DNA of 64,000 bases, from contig PDIP01000078.1 of the NCBI GenBank assembly GCA_002811645.1, forward strand, positions 2,823 to 66,822. The letters are read 5' to 3'. The notes below the pieces were generated by a model. It ran no database searches. It saw nothing but the letters and a program-made list of their open reading frames with translations, and was not told where the DNA came from. Each line of letters begins with the position of its first letter. Position 1 is the first letter of the stretch. Position numbers and translations under genes: made by a program. The DNA is from Corallochytrium limacisporum Hawaii (taxonomy: Eukaryota > Protista > Pluriformea). Shown here piece by piece: positions 31,678 through 43,698 of this stretch.

Positions 31678-34600
31678 ATGCCAGTTCCAAGTGATGAAGG
31701 TGATCTCTCCGTGGCGAACAGACACTATCGTCGACGAAAGGTATCACCATTGCAGCAGCAGCAGCAGCAGAGGGCCTCAGAAGAAGCTGGATCCTCATCC
31801 TTGTCCAGTGCTGTACGTCTGGACCGCATCAGCACCCCGGATCCAACGCAGCACATCAGAAGCACAGGGGAAGCAGAAAGTACTCGACTAAGGCATCTTT
31901 ATGCAATGAATGGAACTGATATTCTGGCAGACGGACTTGCCAGCGCACTTCAACAATTGAATGTGGGAGAACCATTCCAGGGGGACGACGCAGAGCAATT
32001 CTTCAATGCACCCATGTCGTCCGTACTGCGAAGTGAACCATGCGAAGAATACACTGGTTTCAATTTGGGAGACGTCCCGTCGGATCTTGGAGATGAAGAT
32101 GCAGCTGACAATGAGGACATCGAACGGACTGGAAATCAGACGCGACTGACTGCAACAGATGCACACAACCGCAGCGTTGTACATGTATCTCAGGAATATG
32201 ACATTCAGCGGTTCATTGACAATGATAACTTGCACAGGGCTGAGGACCGTGGCGGTGAACAAGATCAGGACTCAACATTTGCCGCCCTACCAGAACCATC
32301 AATTGCACCGCCACAGAAACTTGCAACCAACCAGAGTGACCTTCAGCCATCCCAGATCACAACTGTAAAGCCTTTGACATGCTTCATCTGTTGCTATGCC
32401 ATCACAGATCCAGGAATCACCAGGTGCTGCGTCCAAATTGCCTGTCTCATGTGCCTACATAGGTGGGTTGCGCAAGGAAGCGAGACCTGCCCTCATTGCC
32501 GCCAAACAATGAATTGTCAAGATTTGATTCGCCGTGAGGTTCCCGAGTGGGTTCGAGAGGTTGTATCCATGCTCAATCCTAAGACTTCACGACCAACAAC
32601 AGCAGAAACCCCTCTGGTAGGGCAGATGGCGGTGCCCGTGACCGCATCAGCAGTAGGACAGCGGGACGAGGCGAGCAACATTGCGAACGACTACACAAGA
32701 ACTATAGCGACGTTCGCAACCACCATAAGCATTCCATCATCATCCAATCATGACCAACGACAACGGCCGACATGCAACGGTGAACAGTCGCGTGGACAGT
32801 GCGCAAACCATCCGACAACGGAAGCACAGGTCTACTGCCATGACTGTCGGGTGGCGCTATGTCTGGACTGCGCATTAGGGATGCAGGCTGTCGCGAGCGT
32901 GGATTCCGATGACATCGAGAATGCTGCTGATAATGAGACAAACGGCCAACACCGTCACAACATCCGCACCCACGATGGCCACCGTCGCAGCCGGGTCGAG
33001 GACGCTGGCCGGAAAGCGCAAACCGCGCTCCAGCGGGCTATTGCCCAGGCGCGAAGGCGAGTGCTGGACATTGTGGGAGCACTGGATGACACAGAACGCC
33101 GGATGCGAGACCTTCAAGTCCACCAGAACTCCCAAATCCGAGAGGTGCAGGCCGTGGCCGACCATTCTATTCTTCGCATGCAGCAGCTGGCTCTTCAGCG
33201 CATGCTGGAGATGGACTCAAGAGCACGGGAATTGAGGGCCGTTAAGGATGAGGTTCAGGACGTGCTCATTCGAATCGAGGACGAAGCGAGTATTTGTCCA
33301 TGGAGTAGGCTGGCGGAGCAAGGCCCACGCCTGGAGGGAAAGATCCGAGCCATTCAGAGCCGCCTTCAAGACGTGAGTTCGCTAATAAACAATCGCGGAC
33401 TGGAAATGGCACCGGGCTCAGAGGCTCAAGATCATCAACTGCGCGACCGGCAGAACGACGGTAGAACAGCCTACCACGGCAGGGATGCTTCGGCAGTCTT
33501 CGACTCTAATCCGCGCATGCCAAATGCCATTATTCCGGAGTTCAAACTGCAGTACCGAGGTGTGATGGCCAGCAATCTGTGTCTGCCTCTTCAGAACAAT
33601 CTCTTGCACTTTGAGTTCTGTGGCATGCACTTTCAACTCATCTGTTCTGGCATCGATCGGCAGACGCACCGCATGACTTGTCATCTATCTCTGAGAGAAA
33701 TGGTGGGCAAACTGCGCCTATCCGACGTCCTTGGCTATGATGTTGCTGTCGGCATGCACCCAGATGGCACTCGGTCCGCTGCAGCAGAGCATGCACAGCT
33801 CGCGCACCTGAATCCGGTGCCATTGAAACTCGAGTGGCAATGTGGTCTGACTGTGGATATCACTGTCCGACACTCGGAAACAGTCACAGGTCTGCAGAAT
33901 AGCGTAGACAACAACGATTCACCGTCCCCGCCGGACACCGTGGAGAACGGAGTGGCCGGTGAAAACAACGGCCCACAAGCAAGGGCCACGAGCACAGCCG
34001 AAACTGAGATCATCCGGGAACGTATCGAAACGGTCACCCTCTCCCCCGTCCGTCGGGGCACCGTCATACTCACCGCCGACCAGCAAGATATAGAGATTGA
34101 ATTGGACGAGCCCCTACGCTTCGACGGACGTGCCTACCAATGCCTCGACGCTGAGGAGCACCTTTTCCGAGACAACCCGACTCTCTCTTTTGGCCTGCGT
34201 TTTCCTACGTTCCACGCCGAAGCCGAGTTCCTGCAGCGTCTCACCATCGCCCAGCGAACGCAGCTCCGAAGGCAGGGCCAGGAACTGCAGACTCTTCGCC
34301 ACGCTCGCCGGCAAGGGTACTTTGATCTCGGTCCCGCCACCCTAACGCCGTCGCGAAATGGGCACGGACACAGCCACGCACCACCATCAGAGCACAGGTT
34401 CAACCAACGTGTGTTGGGCGACGTGGGCAATGCGCACATTCCCGAGGACTGGAACCTTGATCATGCGTGGTACTTGCAGGGTCCAGTGCGGCCGAGACCG
34501 CGACGGTATCATGCGGATGCAACGATGGCGATGACTGGCGATGATGAAGAGAGTACTCATCTGCGTGAAGGTGGCATTGGGTCCCACCGCGACGACCATG

Positions 34601-34776
34601 ATGATTATGATGATGATGCTCATCGCTACGAGGTGCATCACGGTCAGGACTTGGATCACCGCAGAGACGATGTCATCGATCGTCTTCGCCGATATCGGCA
34701 GCAGCAACAACAGTTGCTGTCGCAGTCACAGCTACGCACCCAGCAGAACACAAGTGAGGGTGTAGATTTTTGGTAG
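31678..34776 (+). CDS. TRIM37: RING/B-box/coiled-coil E3 ligase, TRIM37-like
   Basis: RING CFICC..CLMCLHRW..CPHCR..W.EV closely follows TRIM37. B-box CANH..YCHDCRVALCLDCA..HDGH, then coiled coil. IIPEF...LSFGLRFPTF flank a divergent MATH-like region. ATG at 31678. Confidence 0.7.
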   Translation: MPVPSDEGDLSVANRHYRRRKVSPLQQQQQQRASEEAGSSSLSSAVRLDRISTPDPTQHIRSTGEAESTRLRHLYAMNGTDILADGLASALQQLNVGEPFQGDDAEQFFNAPMSSVLRSEPCEEYTGFNLGDVPSDLGDEDAADNEDIERTGNQTRLTATDAHNRSVVHVSQEYDIQRFIDNDNLHRAEDRGGEQDQDSTFAALPEPSIAPPQKLATNQSDLQPSQITTVKPLTCFICCYAITDPGITRCCVQIACLMCLHRWVAQGSETCPHCRQTMNCQDLIRREVPEWVREVVSMLNPKTSRPTTAETPLVGQMAVPVTASAVGQRDEASNIANDYTRTIATFATTISIPSSSNHDQRQRPTCNGEQSRGQCANHPTTEAQVYCHDCRVALCLDCALGMQAVASVDSDDIENAADNETNGQHRHNIRTHDGHRRSRVEDAGRKAQTALQRAIAQARRRVLDIVGALDDTERRMRDLQVHQNSQIREVQAVADHSILRMQQLALQRMLEMDSRARELRAVKDEVQDVLIRIEDEASICPWSRLAEQGPRLEGKIRAIQSRLQDVSSLINNRGLEMAPGSEAQDHQLRDRQNDGRTAYHGRDASAVFDSNPRMPNAIIPEFKLQYRGVMASNLCLPLQNNLLHFEFCGMHFQLICSGIDRQTHRMTCHLSLREMVGKLRLSDVLGYDVAVGMHPDGTRSAAAEHAQLAHLNPVPLKLEWQCGLTVDITVRHSETVTGLQNSVDNNDSPSPPDTVENGVAGENNGPQARATSTAETEIIRERIETVTLSPVRRGTVILTADQQDIEIELDEPLRFDGRAYQCLDAEEHLFRDNPTLSFGLRFPTFHAEAEFLQRLTIAQRTQLRRQGQELQTLRHARRQGYFDLGPATLTPSRNGHGHSHAPPSEHRFNQRVLGDVGNAHIPEDWNLDHAWYLQGPVRPRPRRYHADATMAMTGDDEESTHLREGGIGSHRDDHDDYDDDAHRYEVHHGQDLDHRRDDVIDRLRRYRQQQQQLLSQSQLRTQQNTSEGVDFW

Positions 34777-35324
34777 TTGTGGATAAGGAGACGGAGAGGG
34801 AGTGCGAGAGGGAGACAGTAGCCGCTCTACTCGGCCGCTCACGGAACGGACGAGACAATTTTGTTTTTGGGGCGACCTTAAATTGATGTTCGTCTGGGAA
34901 AAGAGGCGTGACTAGTTGGCGATCGTAAACCATATTTCTGTTTCTTTGCAGTCACACCCGACTGTACCTAGCGGTTTTTTTAGCTTCTTGTTTTCGCTTT
35001 TTTTTTTTAGACTTTCAGCTCATACTGCGTGAGCCACTCATGCAGCAAACTATACACAGCCACGCGTGCAACTGGAATCTCATGACGGTTTTCATAGATG
35101 GCAGGGGTTTTGGTTTCTCTTGCTTCCCGCAGAGGATTTTCCCGCCACGGTGTCCCCGACCCTTGAGTAGGGCAACCGTAGCAAAGGGTGTTCATTTTCA
35201 ATTTCTTAGCCGTGCTCGGCTACTTAAAACCGTTTGTCGAACTCAAACCGCGGCGTTGCACAGTTGATCATTGTTAATCAAGGGACTATCAATAGACAAA
35301 TTGCTCTTTGGACATCACTGAACC

Positions 35325-36218
35325 ATGGTGCAAGTTACAATCAAGAACGTGAAGGGTGACACCATTGCGACTGTCACTGCCGCGTTGACGGACACCATCG
35401 AGTTTACAAAGACCAAGCTGCAGCGTGAAAGCAACGGAAAGTACAAGCAGGTACGGACCGCGTTCAAGGTGACGCCCAAGGACAAGACCTTGAAAGACGA
35501 TGTCAAGCTCAACACCCTCGGATCGGGCAAGACGCTCACCCTCTATCGCAAAGATCTTGGGCCTCAAGTGGACTACGCAACTGTGTTCTATACCGAATAC
35601 GCTGGCCCCATGATTGTCTTTGCCCTTGTCGCATACTACTACCACACCCAGGTGCATCCCCTATTGTGGCAACAGAAAGTTCTTGCGGCCTGCTGGTGTG
35701 GTCACTATGTTAAGAGGATCTTGGAGACTAAGTTTGTGCATCGCTTCAGTCACGCCACCATGCCCATCTTCAACATTTTCAAGAACTCTGGCTATTACTG
35801 GGGCTTTGCCTTGATGGTCGCTATCCCGCTCATGCATCCCAATGTTACTCTGCCGGATGACAACCAGTTCTATGTCGGTCTGGTCGGTTTTCTGCTATGC
35901 GAAATTGGCAATGGTTCGATCCATTGGGCTCTGCGCAACTTGCGCCCCCCAGGTACAAAGGAACGCCGCATTCCCATGCCCACCGGCGATCCCTTCACCA
36001 ACATGTTCACATTGACCACCAGTGCCAATTACACCTACGAGGTCGGAATTTGGATCAGCTTTAACATCATGTGCCCGTCCGTGTGGGGCGTTCTGTTTAC
36101 TCTGGCCGGCTTCATTCAGATGCAGGAATGGGCTCGGAACAAGCACCGCATGAACAAGAAACAGTTTGGCGATGCTTACCCCAAGAACCGCAAGGCTATT
36201 ATTCCTTTTGTCCTCTAA
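35325..36218 (+). CDS. TECR: Very-long-chain trans-2,3-enoyl-CoA reductase (TECR/Tsc13)
   Basis: KDLGPQ, VFYTEYAGP, HYVKRILETKFVHRFSHATMP, NYTYE, KNRKAIIPFVL. Confidence 0.97.
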   Translation: MVQVTIKNVKGDTIATVTAALTDTIEFTKTKLQRESNGKYKQVRTAFKVTPKDKTLKDDVKLNTLGSGKTLTLYRKDLGPQVDYATVFYTEYAGPMIVFALVAYYYHTQVHPLLWQQKVLAACWCGHYVKRILETKFVHRFSHATMPIFNIFKNSGYYWGFALMVAIPLMHPNVTLPDDNQFYVGLVGFLLCEIGNGSIHWALRNLRPPGTKERRIPMPTGDPFTNMFTLTTSANYTYEVGIWISFNIMCPSVWGVLFTLAGFIQMQEWARNKHRMNKKQFGDAYPKNRKAIIPFVL

Positions 36219-36545
36219 GCGGGTAAAGTATACAGTCGGGCCCTTCTCCATTCATGATCAACGCCAGCACTCATAGTTCATGTAGCATTTTCTTGATCGC
36301 ACCAATAGAACAACGTTCAGGTCTACCAGACAATCTACCCATCCCTGCTTTGTTTAACTAGATGTCCTTAGTTTGCTAGATTTATTTTTGTTCCTACGTT
36401 TTAGTTTCCGGTGTTCAAAAGAGTCTGTGCTTACGAGGAAGTACTGTCTCTTTCTGCCAAAAGGGGAATAGATGGATGGATGGAAATAATGGACTGAAGA
36501 TCCCAAGGCAAGTGCGTACCAAGTAGTCATCAACAGATGTCAGAT

Positions 36546-37775
36546 TTACGACCGAATGTCTGGGAACTGTACATGAGCACCCTTGCGGTCCTCATTTGAA
36601 ATGGCATCACCATAGTAAACGTGCTTACGGTACATACGCAGGAACTTCAAGGCCGTGGCCTCCATAGTGTTCGGAGTAATGCCCAAATCGGCAAATCCGG
36701 GCAGCGTAGGGTCTACTTCCTCGTCAAGCCCGTAACGAACACCCTGATCCCCGGAGTACATGGGCGTGTAGAGAGGGATAGATCCCATTATTGATCCCAT
36801 GGTCTGCACTGCAAACTCAGGAACGTAGTAGCACGCTTTCTTGCGCACAGTGGTGCGGGCCAAGTAATCGACAATCTCCTCCATGGTGTACGTCTTGGGT
36901 CCAACCAGCTGGTAGGTCTTACCGGGAGCGTCGGGATCGGTAATGGCATTCACAACACCCAGAGCCACGTCCAAAACATGCACAGGTGCGCGCTTGACCA
37001 TGCCACCTCTGACCAGCGGCACGCCTCCAGGACGCAAGAACCACTCTGCCAAGCTGTTCAGGTACTTGTCCTCATAGCCAAACATTGCAGAGGGCCTTAT
37101 GATAGTGGCGGAGGGGTAGATGCTCTTGACAGCCTCTTCACCGTCGAACTTTGCACGGAACAGGGCACTAGGACTCTTAGCAGAGGCACCAAGGCAGGAA
37201 ACATGGATCAGGCGCTGGACGTTGGGTGCCCGGGCACATGCCTCGGCAATGGCTTCAGCCGACCCGGCATTGGCCTGGTAAATGCTGAAGTTTCGCGTGT
37301 CAAAGTCACGCCCAATACAGTTGATCACCACATTTGAATGCTGAATGACCTTATCTATGCTATCAGCATCCCGAAGATGGTAGTCTTTGAAGTGAACTTG
37401 CCCCAGGTCGCCCATGACACGCAGGCGACGGTATTCGTCCGGGGCGCTGCGCCTGGGAACGACGATTTGCGAGCCAACCTTCCCCAATTTGGAGCAGATG
37501 TATCGACCGAGGAAACCATTGGCTCCGAATACAGTAACCGTCAGGCCAGACACAGAAGATCTCATTCCAGTACCTTTACGCACCATAATGCCGTCGTCAG
37601 AGATCTGGGGAGTGACTGCGTTCTGTGGGGGAACCATAGGTGCACCGCTGTCAGAGGCGTAGCCACGGCTGCCGCTACCGTTCATCATAACCAGTTGGAA
37701 CGGAACCTGCGCCATGCCACGTGGCACAACGGTCCGTGCAGAAGTATACTGTGAGATGTTGCGCACTAAAGTCAT
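36546..37775 (-). CDS. NDUFA9: NADH:ubiquinone oxidoreductase 39 kDa subunit
   Basis: Mitochondrial-type presequence; KGTGMRSSVSG, TVFGANGFLGRY, LRVMGDLGQ, HSNVVINCIGRD. Confidence 0.96.
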   Translation of the reverse strand: MTLVRNISQYTSARTVVPRGMAQVPFQLVMMNGSGSRGYASDSGAPMVPPQNAVTPQISDDGIMVRKGTGMRSSVSGLTVTVFGANGFLGRYICSKLGKVGSQIVVPRRSAPDEYRRLRVMGDLGQVHFKDYHLRDADSIDKVIQHSNVVINCIGRDFDTRNFSIYQANAGSAEAIAEACARAPNVQRLIHVSCLGASAKSPSALFRAKFDGEEAVKSIYPSATIIRPSAMFGYEDKYLNSLAEWFLRPGGVPLVRGGMVKRAPVHVLDVALGVVNAITDPDAPGKTYQLVGPKTYTMEEIVDYLARTTVRKKACYYVPEFAVQTMGSIMGSIPLYTPMYSGDQGVRYGLDEEVDPTLPGFADLGITPNTMEATALKFLRMYRKHVYYGDAISNEDRKGAHVQFPDIRS

Positions 37776-38806
37776 CTTCGTAGCCTTCGACCAAAACTAC
37801 ACTATACAACCCGCTTGCCTTTCAATAAACACGAACCCTGTAAACAAAACAATACCAGTGGATTCCTATTCAATCCAACCCTTCTTTGTTTACTCTGCTT
37901 CCTTTATTTGTTAGGAACCGACTATGACGACAAATGTGTAATGCAAATTCGTGGTCCTCTCGGCACTTTCAAAGGAGTGCACTGATGGTAGATCGGTCCA
38001 GGTAATCTTGAAGAAGAAGTACCCGGCGGTTTCAAGTAGGTGGGGTTGATAACATCTAGAAATGAACTATCAACGCATGTCACATTGACACCAGAAGGAC
38101 ATCGAAAAAAATTCTGACAGTTGTCCGAACAAAGAGACAGGTGAACTGCCATTTGTTTCTTTCGCGCGCCTGTGGTGGTCGGTCGATGCTCGATTCGTGG
38201 TCCAGACGCGCAGTGCGACTCGGACGAGACACTTCAGGCGGTGGTTTGGACCGTGAGTGACTCGACCCCACGCACTGAACCCCCCAGCGGCGGACTGGGA
38301 GGGGGGGGGAAGGTTAGGAGTGATCTGTCCTCAGTCGACACTCCTGCTCCGCCCTGCCCTCCGCTCTCTGCTGCTCGCCCCATACGAAAACACAGTCAAA
38401 AACGGCAAAACAAAGGGGCAATATGGCAAAGAGCGGAAAGTAAAAGCGAGAGGGGGGGGGGGACCGAAAAGAACAGGGAGAATACCTGACCAGGTGTTTT
38501 TCCCCCGGGGCAAGAGAGAGTGTGTGTGTGTTTGGGGAAAGCGGGGGGAAGGTTTCCTTTGAGGTGCTGGTTTTCCCCTTCTCCCTGCCGTTGTTTTCTG
38601 CTGCTGGCACCCCCCCCCCTCTTTTGTTGAGAACCAGGAGTGCGAAGGGGATTGTTTTGTTTGTGCCCCTAGCGAATGTACTGGCCCAAAGGGGCGGGAG
38701 CACATGTGTATTCTATAGTAAACTTTGGTACGGCGTGTAATAACGGAAATATATACGGACCGTTTTATTCCTCCTTTGCTACATTTTGGGCCCCCTTCAG
38801 GCGCCA

Positions 38807-39586
38807 TTAGAGCTGCATCCTGTGCAACTTGGACCGCAAACGCTGTGAAGCTTTGGGCATGGTCTGATCAGTGATTGGACTCCGAAGAGCCATGTAGAGT
38901 AGGCCAAGAAGACAGCAGATGGCTGCATCACTAGTCAGATTGGGCATGCTCAGGGTGATCAACAGGGGTCCCAGAACCATGGGATGCCACACAGCCGCCT
39001 TGGTGTGACTGGCCATGGGCTCTGCGCTTTTCGAAGTCAGGCTCTGCAGAGCGGGACGTAGTCCTAGTACTTCAAGCAAGTCCATGATCACTAAACTTCC
39101 TAAACAAATGGCCAGACCCTTCAGGTAGACAACCGTTGATGCGTAGCGGAAATATGTCGATTCCATAGATCCCTTAATCCCTTCGTCGCCCAGCGCTAAT
39201 GCAAAGATGGGCCGCAGCGGGTGGTTGTGCACCTTCCACAGACAGCTTGTGAACAGGGGTTGCCATTCACTATAGATCCACTGCAGAGTCAGCGCCGAAG
39301 TCAAGTTGTACAGCGGTCGCGTGATGATGTCGCTAGCGTACCGTCCCACCAGACGCTTCCACAGATCCGATGCCATCAGAGAGTGCTGTATCACAAATGC
39401 AGTGATCAATGCGGTGTCGCGAAGCAAATGCTCTCGGAATTCAATAGCATTGCTGGGGACATTGTAGTGTGTGTCTCCTGCGACGACGGTCTGGAACCCT
39501 TTAACAATGATATGAAAGATCAGATGCGCTGTGTATGCCGTGGCGGCCAGCGCCAGCAGCGGCCAGAGTTGGAACGCATTCCTCAT
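38807..39586 (-). CDS. NRM: Nurim-like inner nuclear membrane protein (ICMT/PEMT-fold)
   Basis: D..L...FVIQHSLMA, RPLYNLTSALTLQ...WQP, LEVLGLR, WHP; multi-TM. First ATG at 39586 (track start is GTG). Confidence 0.7.
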   Translation of the reverse strand: MRNAFQLWPLLALAATAYTAHLIFHIIVKGFQTVVAGDTHYNVPSNAIEFREHLLRDTALITAFVIQHSLMASDLWKRLVGRYASDIITRPLYNLTSALTLQWIYSEWQPLFTSCLWKVHNHPLRPIFALALGDEGIKGSMESTYFRYASTVVYLKGLAICLGSLVIMDLLEVLGLRPALQSLTSKSAEPMASHTKAAVWHPMVLGPLLITLSMPNLTSDAAICCLLGLLYMALRSPITDQTMPKASQRLRSKLHRMQL

Positions 39587-40252
39587 AATGCCATGCACAT
39601 GTGTGTCCACCTGACGTGAAAGTATGGTAAATTGCTCACCACTGCCCCGTCGTCCTATATAGTAATTGAAGACTGGCCGGTATGCAAGTTTGCACTACAG
39701 ACTATCACTGGATCGAACTAAAATTCCACATAAATAGCCCAAACCACCTTCGCCGAATTGCGTTCTTGTGCTCCGCTGTCCAAAGCCCCCCATTCATTTG
39801 TAGGACTCGCATCGCACAGCAGCCTCCCGTGTATAGATTTTGCGCGCCACAAATTGAGCGAGGGTGAGACCTCTTTTGCCAAACACCCAGCACCAAAATT
39901 CTCTTTGGTACGCAGAGTATATGAGGGTGAATCTACAGGGTATGGAATTGCGCTCTAGCCGTTTACCCACCGAAGAAAAAGCCAGAAGGACTGCCTGCTG
40001 TACGTCGGTTTGCTCCCACTCCGATCACATCTGCCACGGCCCCCCCTTCTTCCGGCCCACGAGCTGCCCCATCCCCCCCCCCTTTCCCGCTGCTACCCGA
40101 CAAATTAATATACTTATGTTTTTAAAAATTCTCATCTCTTCCAACCCTTCCGCTTCAAAATCAGCTCCACGGTGCACTCCCCCCCTTTGGCCCTCAGTCT
40201 TTATAGACCGGCGACCCCTTCCCTACCCCAACTTTTCTTATAAGCTTCACAA

Positions 40253-40425
40253 CCCCCCCCCGGGGGGGGGGGGGGGNNNNNNNNNNNNNNNNNNNNNNNN
40301 NNNNNNNNNNNNNNNNNNNNNNNNNNNNNNNNNNNNNNNNNNNNNNNNNNNNNNNNNNNNNNNNNNNNNNNNNNNNNNNNNNNNNNNNNNNNNNNNNNNN
40401 NNNNNNCCCCCCGGGGGGGGGGGGG
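40253..40425. promoter_or_regulatory. C9G15 / C6G13 core at the centre of the NRM/UQCR10 divergent spacer
   Basis: C-rich sequence to the left, G run to the right. The core appears on both edges of an N gap and is probably a single site. Confidence 0.4.
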
Positions 40426-40969
40426 TTGTTTACGGCCAAGAGTGCCATAGTCAATATATTGGAATTAGAACGTTGGAGAGTTTGCCTCTACCCATTGGTT
40501 TCAGGGGTGGCTTCCGGATCTGTCACCCCTCCCCCTTCCGCCAGTGTCAATTCACCGGGCCTGGAACTGCATAGTCACCTCTACCGCTCAGTTGGCAAGT
40601 CGCGTGTGCCCGCCGGAGCCCAACGGAAGCCCCCTCTCCTTCTCAGGGTCGTGTGTAAGGAAACACGGTTGTCCACTGAGCAGGGTGTCGCGCTATCAAG
40701 TGTTGCCGCTGGTGGAGGGGACACTCGGCCTCTTCAAAATCTTCTCAACCCACGCACACTAGGGACCGCACCGTACATTTCTCACCGCTGTTTCGGGTGG
40801 CCCTGTCTCTCTGCTGGGCTATGCTACCGATTGGACTCGAGAAGTTCGGCCGCGATTATTCCACAAAGGTATTAGCAGGAATATAGATCTTACTACAAGA
40901 AGATGTCGAGGTGAATAGTCTCTTAAAGACATAGAATTCTCTCAGAGGATCCTAGATACACAAACAACC

Positions 40970-41155
40970 ATGGACGGCTTGAGCAGGGGCATCTACAACA
41001 CTTTCATGAAGCGGAACTCCGTCTTCTTCGTGTCCGTGTTCGCATCGGCTATTGTATTTGAGCAATTGTTCGACTACACCATGGATTCTTACTATGAGCG
41101 TCTCAATAAGGGAAAGCTGTGGCGTGACATTAAGCCTCGTACCGAAGAAGAGTGA
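40970..41155 (+). CDS. UQCR10: Cytochrome bc1 complex subunit 9 (Qcr9/UQCR10)
   Basis: IYNTFMKRNSVF..F..FE..FD..NKGKLWRDIK; start context acaaccATG. Confidence 0.95.
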   Translation: MDGLSRGIYNTFMKRNSVFFVSVFASAIVFEQLFDYTMDSYYERLNKGKLWRDIKPRTEEE

Positions 41156-41582
41156 ATTTTCAAAAAGTCCGTTTCGGGATCCATATGACTGGGACTGTCA
41201 ATCGATTTTCTTTTCGCGACTTCATGTCAATATTAGACTAACATGAAAACTCATTGGAATGGGAAATCATTGAGGTCCCCGAACTTATGTAAGTCACTTT
41301 TATAACATAGTCACGCATGTTGAAAACTACTTCTTTAACATCTAACTTTACCATTCGGTAGCAAGGCCAAACCTTACATCACTTAATGAAATAAAATTCT
41401 TGCTCGCAAGAAAGTGTAAAACAAAGGCAAAACGGGCACGTCATATTGAAGTAATCCAAAGAGGGCCGCTGAGGAATGATCCGACTCAGGATGAGCCTAC
41501 ACGACCTAAGGGACGGAATTCTCTTGAAAACCTCCGAACCAACATTGTTTGTCGTTCTCCGTATTCGCTTGTGTTGAACTTG

Positions 41583-42887
41583 TTACCCTTCTGTCCTACA
41601 CTTGACACAGTCACAAACAAAATGATACTCCTGCTCCAGGATGCTGCGCCTAATCTTGCCCGGCAATGTAACATCTACGTAATTGATGTTCAGTTCCTCT
41701 CCTGCCGCGACGGGTCTGGCGGTCCTAATCTCCAGGAAACCTGCCGCTCCCAATTCCATATAGTGCACAAGATTAGGAGCACACGAATGGTTGAAGACGC
41801 TGGCCAGAGGGTACACTGCCCGTCCAATCCAGGGCACACCACGCTGGCCGGGCAGATTGCCCCCTTTCTCCTGTTTAGACTGCTGTTGTTGTTTAACGAG
41901 GTTCTTTTTGCCGTTGGTGTTCTTGCCGAATCCCTTTCGCCGATGTGGCTGTTGCCACCGCGTCTCGGCTTCCTTCTTCTCCTTCTGCATCTGCTGTGAC
42001 CAATCGTAGATGCCAAAATTATTACAGGCAACCTTGCTGACCAACACGCAGAATGCAGGCAGGGTTCGAAGGGAATCGGGTAGACTCTGGTCATTCGTCT
42101 CATCCTTCTTTTCTGCCAATGCCCGGTAAGCCCGTTGCATAGTGCTCCAGAGTTTGCGGTACTCATCCTGCTGTTCCTGAGTCGTGGGAGTGCTGCACAG
42201 GGCCTCGAAACCACGAAGAGCGTCAGACGCGGAGTAGAGTCCGTACCAGGGACGGAAATCCAATTCTTCACTGTCCGCTTGTGTCTGTTCCAGGTTCTCT
42301 GTGATAAGAAGGAAGTAAATCAGCAAGATACTGGCGATGCTCAATGTTTCCTTGTGCAATTTTGTGGACTTCAACTGTTGCAGACCAAGGCAGAGCCGCG
42401 GGTGGTGACGTGCTTCGAGTAACGTGTGGCAGGACAAGTCTTGGACAAGCATAGTGTGTTCCGGATGGCAAGCTGCCAGAGCACCGCAACAGCTCCATAC
42501 CTTTAGTGGGTTCACAATTTCTTTCACTGGCGTCTGATCTTCTGATCCGTTTACAGTCTCCTCTTCCTTTAAGGCGTTTGGGACGGTGATCTTCGATGTG
42601 TTCCTGGACAAACAGAACGCACAGAATCGTTTTCGCTCTCCCGGATGCAAGGAGTACGCGATAGGGTAGTCTACGAGTACCAGCTCATCCTTCGTAAAGT
42701 TGCGCAATGCAATCGCATGACGTCCCTTTTCCGGTGAGACTACAACTTTGAACGCTCCATCAATGCCATCTAACGGGGCTGCAGTCTCTTTCCAAGTGGC
42801 AGTAGTGCTCTTGAATAGATCACGAAGGCGCGGGAAACTCTGCCGGCCGGATGTTGCGGGACTCCGACCCCCGTCTAGGTCACCCAT
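41583..42887 (-). CDS. SET/MYND (SMYD-type) protein lysine methyltransferase
   Basis: KGRHAIA pre-SET strand, degenerate MYND (CAFC), FNHSCAPN, GEELNINY, post-SET FVCDCVKC. Confidence 0.9.
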   Translation of the reverse strand: MGDLDGGRSPATSGRQSFPRLRDLFKSTTATWKETAAPLDGIDGAFKVVVSPEKGRHAIALRNFTKDELVLVDYPIAYSLHPGERKRFCAFCLSRNTSKITVPNALKEEETVNGSEDQTPVKEIVNPLKVWSCCGALAACHPEHTMLVQDLSCHTLLEARHHPRLCLGLQQLKSTKLHKETLSIASILLIYFLLITENLEQTQADSEELDFRPWYGLYSASDALRGFEALCSTPTTQEQQDEYRKLWSTMQRAYRALAEKKDETNDQSLPDSLRTLPAFCVLVSKVACNNFGIYDWSQQMQKEKKEAETRWQQPHRRKGFGKNTNGKKNLVKQQQQSKQEKGGNLPGQRGVPWIGRAVYPLASVFNHSCAPNLVHYMELGAAGFLEIRTARPVAAGEELNINYVDVTLPGKIRRSILEQEYHFVCDCVKCRTEG

Positions 42888-43698
42888 GGTCTAGCTTTTT
42901 CATAACTGTTTTATAGTCTGTATGCTTCTGAAGCATTGCCTTAACTACAAGATGTCTCAGGCATCGTATACAAGGTTGGTTCTTTCGTGTACCAGAGAGA
43001 GTCACTAACCAGCGGGCCGGCCCAGAGAGACCCACCTGGGTGAGACTCACAAGGCGTTATCTCCACATGAACACCAACCACCCCCCCNNNNNNNNNNNNN
43101 NNNNNNNNNNNNNNNNNNNNNNNNNNNNNNNNNNNNNNNNNNNNNNNNNNNNNNNNNNNNNNNNNNNNNNNNNNNNNNNNNNNNNNNNNCCCCCCCCCCA
43201 CCCCGGGCTTTAGGAGGGGGCCGGTGGAAACGGTCGGAGCGAGGGATGGGAGGCAGGCAGGCAGTTGGAGTCTTTATGAGGCCCCGACCTGGCCAGCGAA
43301 TGGGATGCAGTAGGGACGGGGTGACCAGGAGAGTAGTGGAAAGGCGGGAGGGACTCGAGGGGCGACGCCGGTTGGGAGGGTTTGACGGTGGCGGGTGCTG
43401 TGTTCTGCCAACTGCCTTCCGAGGGCGATTTATTTCAAGCGTTCCTATTGTGCCGCCGTTTGGAAGTTTTATGCGCATTCTCCTTCTTCTTGCCAAGAGA
43501 ATGGTATTTTGAAGCGATCAAGCCGCCTCTACATTATGTTGCACTGTACCTTTATGCTTCGAACATGAACGATTTCTTATCAGTGTAATTGAGGAAGCAA
43601 GAGGAGAGTACAGACACAATATACACTACCGCAGAATGTAGACTTATAGTTTTCCGCACTAGAACAAATTGGTACAAAGAAATCGGGAACGAGTAACC

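Noticed and set aside
39611-39639. 29-nt GTGAG...CAG segment on the minus strand upstream of NRM, possible tiny intron
   Set aside because: No upstream in-frame exon and no clear branch point; cannot be supported without RNA data.
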